Below are positions 1 through 9,561 of a DNA stretch of 64,000 bases, piece by piece. How positions within the stretch are numbered: position 1 is the first letter of the stretch; the number at the start of each line of letters is the position of its first letter. The position numbers and the translations under genes were made by a program. Source of the stretch: a virus (Duplodnaviria > Heunggongvirae > Uroviricota > Caudoviricetes); the IMG/VR virus record IMGVR_UViG_3300034157_000063, one strand, 5' to 3'. The notes under the pieces were generated by a model. That model was not told the origin of the DNA, did not search any database, and worked only from the letters and a program-made list of their open reading frames with translations.

Positions 1-278
1 CTTTTAACAGTTTTAACCATACACTCAATGTGTATACAAGCCGCTTGAAAACTGAACGTCTTGATCTATTATCGCATGTTAACAAATTGCTCGACATTCA
101 GTTAAAGAATTTAGAAATTGAAACAAAAAATGTTAGTTTAAATGATAAACTCGATCTATTAGCAATGGTCATGATATAGATATTGTTTTTAAATAGTAAT
201 CATAATCATTTAAAAAAGACTTGTATCCTATTGTGGTTCTTGTTATGATTGCTCTACATTTTAATGAGGACTTAAGAC

Positions 279-611
279 ATGACAAAAAAACCACTTTTTA
301 TGTTATTTCATGGAAATTTCAATGATGATTTTTGTTTACAGACATTTTACAATAATGGACACTCACCGTATTATTTAGATCCAGAACATGTAATTGATAT
401 TGTTTCTGGCTATTATGTCATACATATTGATTCTGTTCTTGCTACGCTTCATTCAAAAAGTAAATCCATTGAAGTTGAAAATAAAGTTTGGAATTTGCAG
501 GATGGTGAATCTTGTATTTTGTACAGCACATCCCGAAAAAGTAATATGATTGCTTATCGTGTCAGTGAGAAAGATATTGCCTTTTTGCATAACGTTAAAG
601 CTATGGCGTAA
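279..611 (+). CDS. hypothetical protein
   Basis: 110-aa ORF with GAGG SD upstream, TATGAT -10-like box and a terminator-like hairpin downstream. Confidence 0.6.
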   Translation: MTKKPLFMLFHGNFNDDFCLQTFYNNGHSPYYLDPEHVIDIVSGYYVIHIDSVLATLHSKSKSIEVENKVWNLQDGESCILYSTSRKSNMIAYRVSEKDIAFLHNVKAMA

Positions 612-732
612 TTCAGATTAACACTTGAAATCAAAGCGTTTTAGGACGCTTTTTTCATTGTTTTTTTTGCTAAATTCCTTTACTTTTTTGGTTGTATTTG
701 GTATAATAGATCAATGAAAAGAGGGCTTAATA

Positions 733-2043
733 GTGATAAAAGATAGAGAATTTACTTTTGAAGAACGTATTGACATTGCTAACCGCTTGTCTATGCATCA
801 TGTCATCTTTCAAACTTTTTGGGCTATCGGTAAGCCTTTATTCACCCACAGCATTAAAACGGCTGCAGTAGGTTTTGACCGCAGTGGTCATGTCCTTTAC
901 CTTATTCTTAACCCCGATTTTTGGGACGCTCTTGATATGAATAACAAAGCCTTTGTGATTGCTCACGAATGCCTTCACGTCATTCTTAATCATGGTAAAC
1001 GTGGACTTGATAATACTGATCATGAAAGTGTCAACATTGCACAAGACATCGTTATCAATGAGATGTTGGTAAACAGTTTTGGTTTCAACAAATTTGATAT
1101 TGTCGATTGGGATAAATTTTGTTTCGTGGGGACAGTCTTTGATCAGGCTGAAATTATTGAGCATGGTATTCACACCCGTGGTTCATTCCATTACTATCTT
1201 GATTTGATGGGTAAGACGAATAAACAAAATGAACAATCAACCGTTGACCAGCACGCTCGTGGCAATGGACTCGAAGGTCTTGACCCGGCTATTCAGGATT
1301 TGATGGATCAGGCTCAACAATCTGGCTCAGAAGCCGCACAAGCACTACAAGAAGAAATCAACCCAAGATTGAGTGATAAAGAAAAGTATGACTTGGCAAA
1401 AGAGCTTGAAGCTGAAATTAAAGATGCGGCAGGTAGTCCAGCAGGTAAAATTCCATTAGGGGCTTATATCAGTATTGATCCAAACCCACCTAAGAAGAAA
1501 AAGAAGTGGGAAGAAATCGTTAAGCATCACTTGAAGTCTGGCATTCGTTATGACACTGTTGAAAAGCCTTCTTGGATCTCACGAGATCGTCGCACAATGT
1601 GCCTTGATGATGATATTCTCATTCAAGGTCACTGGAACGAAGAAGTGCCTTCAAAAGAGCGTTATAGAGTGGTGTTCTTTCTTGATACTTCTGGCTCATG
1701 TTATTCGTATGCAAAACGGTTTGTTAAGATGTTGCAAACAATTCCAGAAGATAAATTTGAAATTGAAGCGTATGCGTTTGACTGTTATCTTTATCCAATT
1801 GATTTGAAAACAGGTCATGTTCGTGGTGGCGGCGGCACTTATTTCCATATTTTGGATCAGAAAATTCGTGAAATTACCGCTAAAAGAAAACATCCTGACG
1901 CGGTATTTGTTCTTTCTGATGGTGATGGCAATGCTTTTAATCCAGAACGTCCAAAAATGTGGCACTGGATTTTGACACCGCATCACAATACACGTTTAAT
2001 TCCAAAAGATTCACCTAAACATGATATGAAAAACTTTGAGTAA
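733..2043 (+). CDS. DUF2201-type putative metallopeptidase with C-terminal VWA domain (paralog 1)
   Basis: HExxH motif (IAHECLHVILNH), NIAQDIVIN helix, MIDAS DxSxS (FLDTSGSC), GGGT and LSDG motifs. Confidence 0.85.
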   Translation: MIKDREFTFEERIDIANRLSMHHVIFQTFWAIGKPLFTHSIKTAAVGFDRSGHVLYLILNPDFWDALDMNNKAFVIAHECLHVILNHGKRGLDNTDHESVNIAQDIVINEMLVNSFGFNKFDIVDWDKFCFVGTVFDQAEIIEHGIHTRGSFHYYLDLMGKTNKQNEQSTVDQHARGNGLEGLDPAIQDLMDQAQQSGSEAAQALQEEINPRLSDKEKYDLAKELEAEIKDAAGSPAGKIPLGAYISIDPNPPKKKKKWEEIVKHHLKSGIRYDTVEKPSWISRDRRTMCLDDDILIQGHWNEEVPSKERYRVVFFLDTSGSCYSYAKRFVKMLQTIPEDKFEIEAYAFDCYLYPIDLKTGHVRGGGGTYFHILDQKIREITAKRKHPDAVFVLSDGDGNAFNPERPKMWHWILTPHHNTRLIPKDSPKHDMKNFE

Positions 2044-2067
2044 AGGCTTCGGCCTTTCTCTTTTTTT
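2042..2067 (+). terminator. intrinsic terminator with UUCG loop
   Basis: AAAGGC-TTCG-GCCTTT followed by a T-rich tract right after the stop codon. Confidence 0.75.
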
Positions 2068-2137
2068 AATAAATAAGGTGACAGTGTTTCACCTTTTTGT
2101 TATAATCTAAGCTTAACTTGATAATTTGGAGAAATGA

Positions 2138-2461
2138 ATGATTAATAAAATGCTGGCTATTGTCTTTATGATGTTTGTATCGGTCACTGCTTTTGGTGCA
2201 AGTTCAACTGACATTACACCCGAATATGTATTGCCTAAAGAAATGAAAGGTTGTCAGATTTTCTATCTTCGTGGTGGAGGTTTTACTTATGCCAGCATCT
2301 ATGTAACTCATTGTCCTAATGCCATGACTGACACCAGTTTCCAGTCAGGTAAAACTGTGCAACATGTAGTCAGCGGTCGAAAAAGTATTATTGATGACTC
2401 AATTCAAGAACCAGAAGTTGTCGAAATTAATGGTTCTAAGTATGTAAAAGTTCCAGATTGA
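2138..2461 (+). CDS. exported small protein (signal peptide, two Cys)
   Basis: N-terminal basic-hydrophobic segment ending TAFG/A; GGAG SD. Confidence 0.7.
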   Translation: MINKMLAIVFMMFVSVTAFGASSTDITPEYVLPKEMKGCQIFYLRGGGFTYASIYVTHCPNAMTDTSFQSGKTVQHVVSGRKSIIDDSIQEPEVVEINGSKYVKVPD

Positions 2462-2513
2462 TGTGAAAGAGGCTTCGGCCTCTTGTTGCTGCACCTTATA
2501 TGTTGGAGACATT

Positions 2514-3149
2514 ATGGATTATTTTGAAAAACGTAAATTATTTAAACAGTCTTTCATTAACTTTCTTGAAGGGACTGAACTGACACCTAAACAAACTCAT
2601 TTTAGTCCTCACTTTGTTCTTAGGGAAAACAATAAGCTAGGCGAAGCTGTCTCAACTGGAAATCTCGATAGTGCCGAAGAATTAAAGGATTTCTTCTTAC
2701 AGCATGTTAAACAATTTAAGCATACAGCTTTCATTAAAAAAATGAAAAAAATTATTTTAAAGTATTCAAAACTATTAAATTTGGATATTGAATTTTTTGA
2801 TATGTCAATTTCCACTGATATTGAACTGAATCTTGATTATAAAAGCCTTCTAGACATTGATAGTATTTCATTTGTGTTGCGAGGAAAAGGCGGTAAAACA
2901 GGATATACGACTTTTCATTTTTGTGCCTACTTATCTGCTGTTGAAGCTTCCTATGAAATTGCTGAATTAGATGGTCGTAATTTTGAACATCAGTCCATGA
3001 TTGTCATTTGTGTGAATCATAAAAAAGTGGATGACATGATTCTTCCTATGTTAAATTCTTACAAGGACATTATCTCTCAATTAGTGGGATATGAAGTCAC
3101 GCATGTTGATGAAGATATTATTACTGTCTTAGACATGATTAAAATATAA
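2514..3149 (+). CDS. hypothetical protein with shared C-terminal motif (..TVLDMIKI)
   Basis: Start moved to ATG 2514 after GGAG, because the ORF-track start overlaps a UUCG hairpin. Confidence 0.7.
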   Translation: MDYFEKRKLFKQSFINFLEGTELTPKQTHFSPHFVLRENNKLGEAVSTGNLDSAEELKDFFLQHVKQFKHTAFIKKMKKIILKYSKLLNLDIEFFDMSISTDIELNLDYKSLLDIDSISFVLRGKGGKTGYTTFHFCAYLSAVEASYEIAELDGRNFEHQSMIVICVNHKKVDDMILPMLNSYKDIISQLVGYEVTHVDEDIITVLDMIKI

Positions 3150-3184
3150 CTGACGATTTATACATAAAAATATAACAAATAATA

Positions 3185-3207
3185 AGAAGCTTCGGCTTCT
3201 TTTTTTT
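3185..3207 (+). terminator. intrinsic terminator with UUCG loop
   Basis: AGAAGC-TTCG-GCTTCT plus T-run. Confidence 0.8.
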
Positions 3208-3723
3208 GTTTCTATTATATAGTTTTTTTTATGACTTATTAGTCAAAATATGTTCAATTATTTAAAATTTAATTTCGTAAATTTTTATTTTATAAAAATA
3301 GCATTAAAGTAATATTACTTAACCTACATCAACAAACCAAGAAATGTCAATTTATTCATATTTTAATGATTTTTTTAAATTTATTTTTATTTTTTTTTAA
3401 AAAACTTTTAAGCCTCTAAATACCTCTAAAAACGCCTATTTACATTCAATGGTAAATTGATTTTTTAATTAATCTTGTTAGTTTTTATATTTTTGTAAGT
3501 TATTGATACTGCTCAAGAATATATCACAAATGATATGTTAAAATCATGTCTTTCCATTTAAACCTCTATGCTAATATTTAATTTTTTATATATCTAAAAC
3601 CGACAGAAAAAACGTAAGTTCCTCTAAATAAAGGCTTTTTTTAAATGTTTTTTGAAAATTATCATCTTGACATAGTTTTTAAATGTGTTAATTTCGTAAT
3701 AATTAGATCAAGGGGAGACTAAT

Positions 3724-5025
3724 ATGTTTACTAAAAACAAAGAAAGAATTGCAAGCTTAACTTTTGAAATAGAAGCTATGAAGTCGGTTCAAGAACATAT
3801 CAGTCTCTCAACTGGTATTATTCATTTCGACTCAAACGGAACAGTTGAACATGTTAATACTAAAATGCTATCATTGTTGGGTTACGATATTCAAGATCTT
3901 AAAGGTCGTAATAACTCTGTTCTGCTTTCCAAAGATTATTTGAATAGCACAGAGTATAAAGATTTATGGAGTGACCTTAGAAAAGGCATTTCAGTTAATC
4001 AAACCATCATGTTTGTGAATAAGCATAACCACTCAATGTGGTTTGATTGTGTTTATACTCCAATTGTTGATTCAACTAAAAGAGTGTTAGAGATTATTGG
4101 TGTATTTACTAACATCAATGAGTTAGTGGGGTCAAAAATAGAAGTTGATCATAAATTAAAAGCAATCAACCTTTCAATGGCTATCATTGAATTCAGTCCT
4201 GATGGCGTCATTTTAGATGCTAATGAAAACTTCTTAAAAACGGTTAAGTATGCAAAAAAAGAAATTGTGGGTCAACACCATTCTATTTTTTGTGATAATG
4301 ACTATAAAAAGAGTCCTGACTATCGCCAGTTTTGGGATTCATTGAAAAAAGGCACTTTCTTTTCTGATAAATTTAAGCGTGTCGATAAGCATGGTCGTGA
4401 ACTTTGGTTAGAGGCTTCTTACAATCCTGTATTTGATGAAAATGGTTGTGTGTATAAAGTGATTAAGATTGCCAGTGATACTACCAAATTCATAGAGCAA
4501 TATAACAATCAAAAAGACATTTCTGATTTAGCTCTATCACTCTCAGATAAAAGTGTCATCTTATCTAACAGTGGTGTAGACTACATTCAGCAAACAACTA
4601 AAGAAATGCTCAACATTAAAGAACATGTAGATATCACCAATGGTCATTTGAATTCATTGCATAACCAGTCTAATAAAATCAACTCTATTGTTGATACTAT
4701 TAACAAGATTTCAGTTCAAACAAACTTGTTGGCATTGAATGCGGCCATTGAAGCAGCAAGAGCCGGTGATGCTGGTCGTGGATTCTCAGTGGTAGCACAG
4801 GAAGTTAGAAATTTATCTCAAAACACTGAAAGTGCTGTGAAAGAGATCTTTGAAGTGATTAGCAATATTCAAGAAGAAATCAACTTGTCATTGAAGCATA
4901 TTAACAATGTGATTAATGATACAGAGAATAGTCGTAATCTTGCTGCGAAGTTAGAAGAGGTTATGATGAATCTGCAGTCAGTCATTGTGGACAGCACAAC
5001 AGTGATACGAAATAAAACTGTTTAA
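3724..5025 (+). CDS. soluble methyl-accepting chemotaxis protein with two PAS domains (BdlA-like)
   Basis: Two PAS/PAC repeats ([27 protein letters not shown]), MCP signalling hairpin [30 protein letters not shown], no transmembrane segment. Confidence 0.9.
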   Translation: MFTKNKERIASLTFEIEAMKSVQEHISLSTGIIHFDSNGTVEHVNTKMLSLLGYDIQDLKGRNNSVLLSKDYLNSTEYKDLWSDLRKGISVNQTIMFVNKHNHSMWFDCVYTPIVDSTKRVLEIIGVFTNINELVGSKIEVDHKLKAINLSMAIIEFSPDGVILDANENFLKTVKYAKKEIVGQHHSIFCDNDYKKSPDYRQFWDSLKKGTFFSDKFKRVDKHGRELWLEASYNPVFDENGCVYKVIKIASDTTKFIEQYNNQKDISDLALSLSDKSVILSNSGVDYIQQTTKEMLNIKEHVDITNGHLNSLHNQSNKINSIVDTINKISVQTNLLALNAAIEAARAGDAGRGFSVVAQEVRNLSQNTESAVKEIFEVISNIQEEINLSLKHINNVINDTENSRNLAAKLEEVMMNLQSVIVDSTTVIRNKTV

Positions 5026-5036
5026 AAAAAGAGCCT

Positions 5037-5420
5037 TCATTGAAGGCTTTCTTTTTGTAGTTTTTTGAAGATGTATATTTTACCCAATTCTAATGCAACA
5101 ACAAGGATTGATAAACTGATAATAAAGATGCTCTTTGTTATGATGGCTGTTACTAATATAGCCATCAATACAATCCAAAATTCAATCTTTACCAGCTTCT
5201 CTCTGGTTGTTTTCTTTTTAGCTTTAAATTCTAGTTGCTCTTTGAGCAATGATTCTAATCTTTTGGGATTGCCAATCAAATTTTTGTAGATAACAATGCT
5301 CATTGCTAATTGAATAAATACTAATCCTAAAAAGAGACAAGTGAGGATAATATGGTTAGCGTGCATTAGCATTCCTATCAACACAATAAGTATCAATTCC
5401 AAACGGTATTTCAATAACAT
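5037..5420 (-). CDS. integral membrane protein (about 4 TM)
   Basis: Four hydrophobic segments; GGAGG SD upstream of ATG 5420. Confidence 0.7.
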   Translation of the reverse strand: MLLKYRLELILIVLIGMLMHANHIILTCLFLGLVFIQLAMSIVIYKNLIGNPKRLESLLKEQLEFKAKKKTTREKLVKIEFWIVLMAILVTAIITKSIFIISLSILVVALELGKIYIFKKLQKESLQ

Positions 5421-5513
5421 TTTTTTTATTCCTCCAATTGACGAAAAACGCATAAAACTGTTGATTTTATTATATTCTATTATATACTATACATAGTTTA
5501 TAGGAGAAGTAAA

Positions 5514-5744
5514 ATGACGACAAATTTAGTATTAGAAAATGATGATGTTTTTTGTGGTGACACGTTTGTAATGACGATAGATCGCTTCGATGATATAGAC
5601 ATCAGTGTGAAAGAGGGGCGATTGTTTATTAATAATACTTTTGTAAAGAACTTCGATCATAATGAAGAAGCTAAGAAGGCGATTACAGGTTTTTTAGAAA
5701 CTCTGGAACATGAAGAAGTGGGTTTTGATTTGTATATTTCTTAA
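5514..5744 (+). CDS. small acidic hypothetical protein
   Basis: AGGAG SD and TATACT -10 box. Confidence 0.65.
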   Translation: MTTNLVLENDDVFCGDTFVMTIDRFDDIDISVKEGRLFINNTFVKNFDHNEEAKKAITGFLETLEHEEVGFDLYIS

Positions 5745-5753
5745 TTGGTATTT

Positions 5754-6170
5754 TTAGAACTTAGCAGCATTTGAATTAATCCATTTAAGTGCTGTTTCAT
5801 TATCGTTTTGACATTGCTGTTTTGACATTAGAAAATCTTTAATTTGACACACTTGCAATGCCATCTTGACTTTAAACTCTTCGCAACTGGATAAAAATTC
5901 CACTTTCACTTCATAACCTCTGTTAACTTTTCGACAACTGGTCACTACCGCATTGCCACTAAACATCATATCGTCTAGTTTTATATCTATTCTGACTTTT
6001 TTATTTTGTTGAAGATAACTCGTATAATTAAATATGAGGCCATGACAGGTTTCATGACTAATTGGGGAGATATCATCCTGTTCAGCTAATTCTTCTACGA
6101 TTATCTGGATGCTTTCTGGGTGTTTCACGAACTTTCTTTCCGGCATTTCAAGCTTTTGATTACCTAACAT
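5754..6170 (-). CDS. PilZ-domain-like protein with degenerate c-di-GMP motifs
   Basis: ERKFVKHP ... HGLIF ... GNAVVTSCRK..YEVKVEF beta-barrel pattern, plus C-terminal helices (KMALQVCQI..ALKWINSNAAKF) like stand-alone gammaproteobacterial PilZ proteins; GGAG SD. Confidence 0.65.
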   Translation of the reverse strand: MLGNQKLEMPERKFVKHPESIQIIVEELAEQDDISPISHETCHGLIFNYTSYLQQNKKVRIDIKLDDMMFSGNAVVTSCRKVNRGYEVKVEFLSSCEEFKVKMALQVCQIKDFLMSKQQCQNDNETALKWINSNAAKF

Positions 6171-6218
6171 ACCAATCTCCTTATCCTCAGTATTATTATA
6201 CCAAATTAAAATCTAGAA

Positions 6219-6443
6219 TCAAACCGCCACGGCTAGTTCTAGAATATCTTCCTTGATTTCAACATATGTCGATCCAACAACAGACTCAAGACAACTCTTG
6301 TATTCTGATTTAAGGGTTTTGCAACATTTCTTACATCCAGCATCAATGTTGTTCTCAGCAATAATATCCTTGACGGTTTTATTGTTGGCAACATCTCTTT
6401 CCAAATCCGATGTTTTGTAACCACTACATAAACAGATGTACAT
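6219..6443 (-). CDS. bfd: bacterioferritin-associated ferredoxin-like [2Fe-2S] protein
   Basis: MYICLC-x30-CKKC matches the Bfd C-x-C...C-x2-C pattern; GGAG SD before ATG 6443. Confidence 0.75.
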   Translation of the reverse strand: MYICLCSGYKTSDLERDVANNKTVKDIIAENNIDAGCKKCCKTLKSEYKSCLESVVGSTYVEIKEDILELAVAV

Positions 6444-6599
6444 GTGCAACTCCTTTTAATCTTACAGAATTTCTTCCATGGTACATGAAAGCAGAATAGA
6501 AATCAAGACCATAAAAACAGATAAAATTGAAAATAATTGTAGACTTATTTTTCACTTTCTGTTAATCTGGCGTAATGATTTGAAATAGGAGGGTTTATC

Positions 6600-7076
6600 A
6601 TGAAATCTAAAAGATACAGTATTCTCAATTTCTATATTCGTGGCAGCAATGTCACACCACAGGTTTGTCACGGACTTAATCGTTTGTGGGCAAACAAATC
6701 AACAATGACACCAGAAGCCGATTCTCTTTTTTCTGAATGGGTTAATACATCAGAAACAGAAGTAATTTTGCAAGGTGGCAATCACAAAGATCTGGAAGAA
6801 CTCTATTTGGCTCTTTCTTCTATTACTACTTTGCCGTCAGCTAAGTTTAATGAAGGGCAGGATGATTTGTGTGGCTCTTGCACTGTTGTTACGTTTGTAG
6901 CCAGTGATCGCATTGTGGCGGCTGGTGATTATTTGCGTAGTAACCGTATTACACCATCAGATGCTTTTGATGTATTAACGAAAACCTCTATCCTATTAAA
7001 TGAACAGCCTATTGTTCTGAATAGTTTTGAAGCGTTTGTTTCCAGTAAAATTGCTTATCTTCCTTTAGTAGCTTAA
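6600..7076 (+). CDS. peptidyl-tRNA hydrolase 2 (PTH2)-like protein
   Basis: QVCHG..W..ETEVILQGG..LEEL..FNE..DL.GSCTVV pattern, resembling phage PTH2-like proteins. Confidence 0.55.
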   Translation: MKSKRYSILNFYIRGSNVTPQVCHGLNRLWANKSTMTPEADSLFSEWVNTSETEVILQGGNHKDLEELYLALSSITTLPSAKFNEGQDDLCGSCTVVTFVASDRIVAAGDYLRSNRITPSDAFDVLTKTSILLNEQPIVLNSFEAFVSSKIAYLPLVA

Positions 7077-7154
7077 TCTGGTTGGGCATTTCGGTGCCCT
7101 AATCAGTGCTGAATGGTTTCAGCTAAAAAGTTTTAAAATAATTGAAATTAGTGC

Positions 7155-7463
7155 TTGACCTAATGACCACATTTAGCATATACTAGCCACCTTGAAACGA
7201 TGAACAGCTTAGAAAACAAAGTTGAACAGAGTTTAAAATAAAGCTTGCACCGAATGACGAAATGAGTTAAGATTACACATCGAAAGCGACGAACAACTTG
7301 AAAGAAATTAAAGTTGAACGAAATGAAAAAAAAGCTTGACGATGGGTAGCCAGATAGACTATAATAGACACACAAACGAGAGAGACGGATTAGAAGTAAA
7401 GTCCGACTTAATCAAGAAAAAACGAAAAAAATTGTTGTAAAAAGAAATAAACTTTGTTATACT
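7155..7463 (+). promoter_or_regulatory. array of four tandem sigma70-type promoters
   Basis: TTGACC-18-TATACT (7155), TTGCAC-17-TAAGAT (7245), TTGACG-18-TATAAT (7336), TTGTAA-17-TATACT (7435), with A-rich UP-like flanks. Confidence 0.75.
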
Positions 7464-7494
7464 AACCAAACACACTCGATAGGAGATTCACAGA

Positions 7495-8829
7495 ATGACT
7501 ACTAACAGCACAATGATTAAAGTTTCCCCAAAAGCACTGCGTAAACATGCACTGAACTGCATCCACTCTCAGACGCCATTCTTCGTTTGGGGTAATCCGG
7601 GTATCGGTAAGTCTCGCATCCTGCAAGCTCTTGTTGAGAAAATGGGTTTCCACTTTGAAGACATTCGCTTGTCTCAAATCGAAAGCGTTGACCTTCGTGG
7701 TCTGCCAGCAAAAGACGAAAAAGTCAAACTCATTGCTGTAATGGATGAGAATGGCAAGCCAAAAATGGACGCAAAAGGTGAAGCAGTTTACATCAACGAA
7801 AAAGAAACTACCGTAACTTGGGCAATGCCTGACTTCCTTCGCCGTGCGAAAGAACAATGGGATAAATACAAGAAGCCAACGGCTTACTTCTTCGACGAAT
7901 TGAACTCCGGTTCACCTGCGACAATGGCTGCTGCTTACCAGTTCATTAACGACCGTCGCATCGGTTGCTTCGAACTCGGTTCTCAGGACGTAGTTTTCGC
8001 GGCTGGTAACTTGGAATCCGATGGTGGTGTGACTAACTCCATGCCGTTGCCTTTGGCTAACCGTTTCCGCCACTACTTGATGGACGTGAACACTGAACAA
8101 TGGTTGAACTTCGCCTCTGAGGCTGGTATGCACCCTTACGTGTTGGCTTACCTTTCAATCGGTGCGAACGGTAGCAAGTTGCAAGACTTTAACGTTGACC
8201 GCCTGTTGGCTTCCGACGAGAAAGCGTTCGCAACCCCACGTTCATGGGAAATGTTGAGCAAGGCTTTGTTCGCGGCTTACGGTGAGCATCAAGCGATTGC
8301 TGCACACAAAACGCTTGCAGAAGAAAGCGAAGAATTTAACGTCTACGAAGAAGACGATAAAATCAACGAAAACGACATTTCTGTAATCGCTGCATCTTGT
8401 GTCGGTAGCGGTATTGCGGTAGAGTTTGCTGGTTTCGTGAAGGAAGGTATGGACTTGCCAAAAGCCCGCGACATTCTTGATGGTAAGAAGTTGACTGTTG
8501 CGAACATGAAGGCTAAGACTTCCGCACAATACTTCATTGCGAACGATTGCTCTCACGCACTGAAAGAAATGAAAACGAAGTTGGAAGAAGTTAAGAAAGA
8601 AAGCGGTGATAAGACTGCCGAGTATGACAAAGTGTTGAAATCCTATGTCAAAAGCATGGAGAACTACATCTTGTTTGCAAAAGAACACTTTGCTCGTGAG
8701 TTGTTTGTCTTCGGTATCATCACCGTGATGTTGAAGCGTTACAAGGTCATGCCAATGCCTAACCACATGGACAAGAAAGTGTTTGACCTTGTGGCTACGG
8801 AGTTCAACGCGGCTCGCCTTAAAAACTAA
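7495..8829 (+). CDS. MoxR-like AAA+ ATPase
   Basis: Walker A GNPGIGKS, Walker B FFDELN, AAAYQFI, sensor AAGN, PLANRF arginine finger, TPRSWE; AGGAG SD. Confidence 0.9.
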   Translation: MTTNSTMIKVSPKALRKHALNCIHSQTPFFVWGNPGIGKSRILQALVEKMGFHFEDIRLSQIESVDLRGLPAKDEKVKLIAVMDENGKPKMDAKGEAVYINEKETTVTWAMPDFLRRAKEQWDKYKKPTAYFFDELNSGSPATMAAAYQFINDRRIGCFELGSQDVVFAAGNLESDGGVTNSMPLPLANRFRHYLMDVNTEQWLNFASEAGMHPYVLAYLSIGANGSKLQDFNVDRLLASDEKAFATPRSWEMLSKALFAAYGEHQAIAAHKTLAEESEEFNVYEEDDKINENDISVIAASCVGSGIAVEFAGFVKEGMDLPKARDILDGKKLTVANMKAKTSAQYFIANDCSHALKEMKTKLEEVKKESGDKTAEYDKVLKSYVKSMENYILFAKEHFARELFVFGIITVMLKRYKVMPMPNHMDKKVFDLVATEFNAARLKN

Positions 8830-8858
8830 CACAGTCGAGTGTGTAACTGGCGAAAGCC

Positions 8859-8883
8859 AAAGCCCCGAAAGGGGCTTTTTTTT
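8859..8883 (+). terminator. intrinsic terminator with GAAA loop
   Basis: AAAGCCCC-GAAA-GGGGCTTT plus T-run. Confidence 0.85.
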
Positions 8884-8964
8884 GCTTACTATTTAAATTT
8901 TGTTATCATTTTAATTTTAGTTGTGGTATAATACAGTTCATTTAAAGAGTGGAGAAAATAGATT

Positions 8965-9447
8965 ATGAGTCTTTCTGTTAGCGATTCTTACAAAGGGTTG
9001 GGTAGCTATGCTGAGCCTTCGATGAATGTGGCTCTGCTTAATCTCACTATTGAGCATTATGTTGATAGTCGCGTTAGTAACAAAGATTTAGCACTTATCC
9101 TGAAAGGTTATGGAAGACGTATTGATACATCTAGTTTCCCGGCTTCATTCGTTAGGCTTTTTGCCGATGAACTTAAAGCTTATAATCGTCAATTTAGGGA
9201 TTCGCATGTTAATGTTAAAAAAGATTCTGCTGTTTTTCAGGCTAGCATTCGTCATTACATGCATTTCATTAAAGCTAATTTTTCTGATATTCTCTTTTTT
9301 GAGGCTATCATTATTTGCATGACTAAGTATGCGAGAATTGTTCAAATTGTACCGCATTGTAGTGATGAGGTTTATTTGTTGTCAGATTCTCTTAATAAGT
9401 ATAAACATCTTTATTCTACTACTTATAAAGAATATTCTGTTTTATGA
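8965..9447 (+). CDS. hypothetical protein
   Basis: 160-aa ORF with GGAG SD and TGGTATAAT extended -10 upstream. Confidence 0.65.
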   Translation: MSLSVSDSYKGLGSYAEPSMNVALLNLTIEHYVDSRVSNKDLALILKGYGRRIDTSSFPASFVRLFADELKAYNRQFRDSHVNVKKDSAVFQASIRHYMHFIKANFSDILFFEAIIICMTKYARIVQIVPHCSDEVYLLSDSLNKYKHLYSTTYKEYSVL

Positions 9448-9497
9448 ACAGATGGTAGACAGTTGCAAAAATAGTTACGATATTCGTGAAAAATAGA

Positions 9498-9526
9498 TTG
9501 CTCTCAAGATATTTTTTTGGTATAAT
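9498..9526 (+). promoter_or_regulatory. sigma70-type promoter (example of many TGGTATAAT promoters in the window)
   Basis: TTGCTC-17-TATAAT with extended TG. Confidence 0.7.
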
Positions 9527-9561
9527 AGTCTCACTAAAACAGAACATGAGGAAATAAATAT

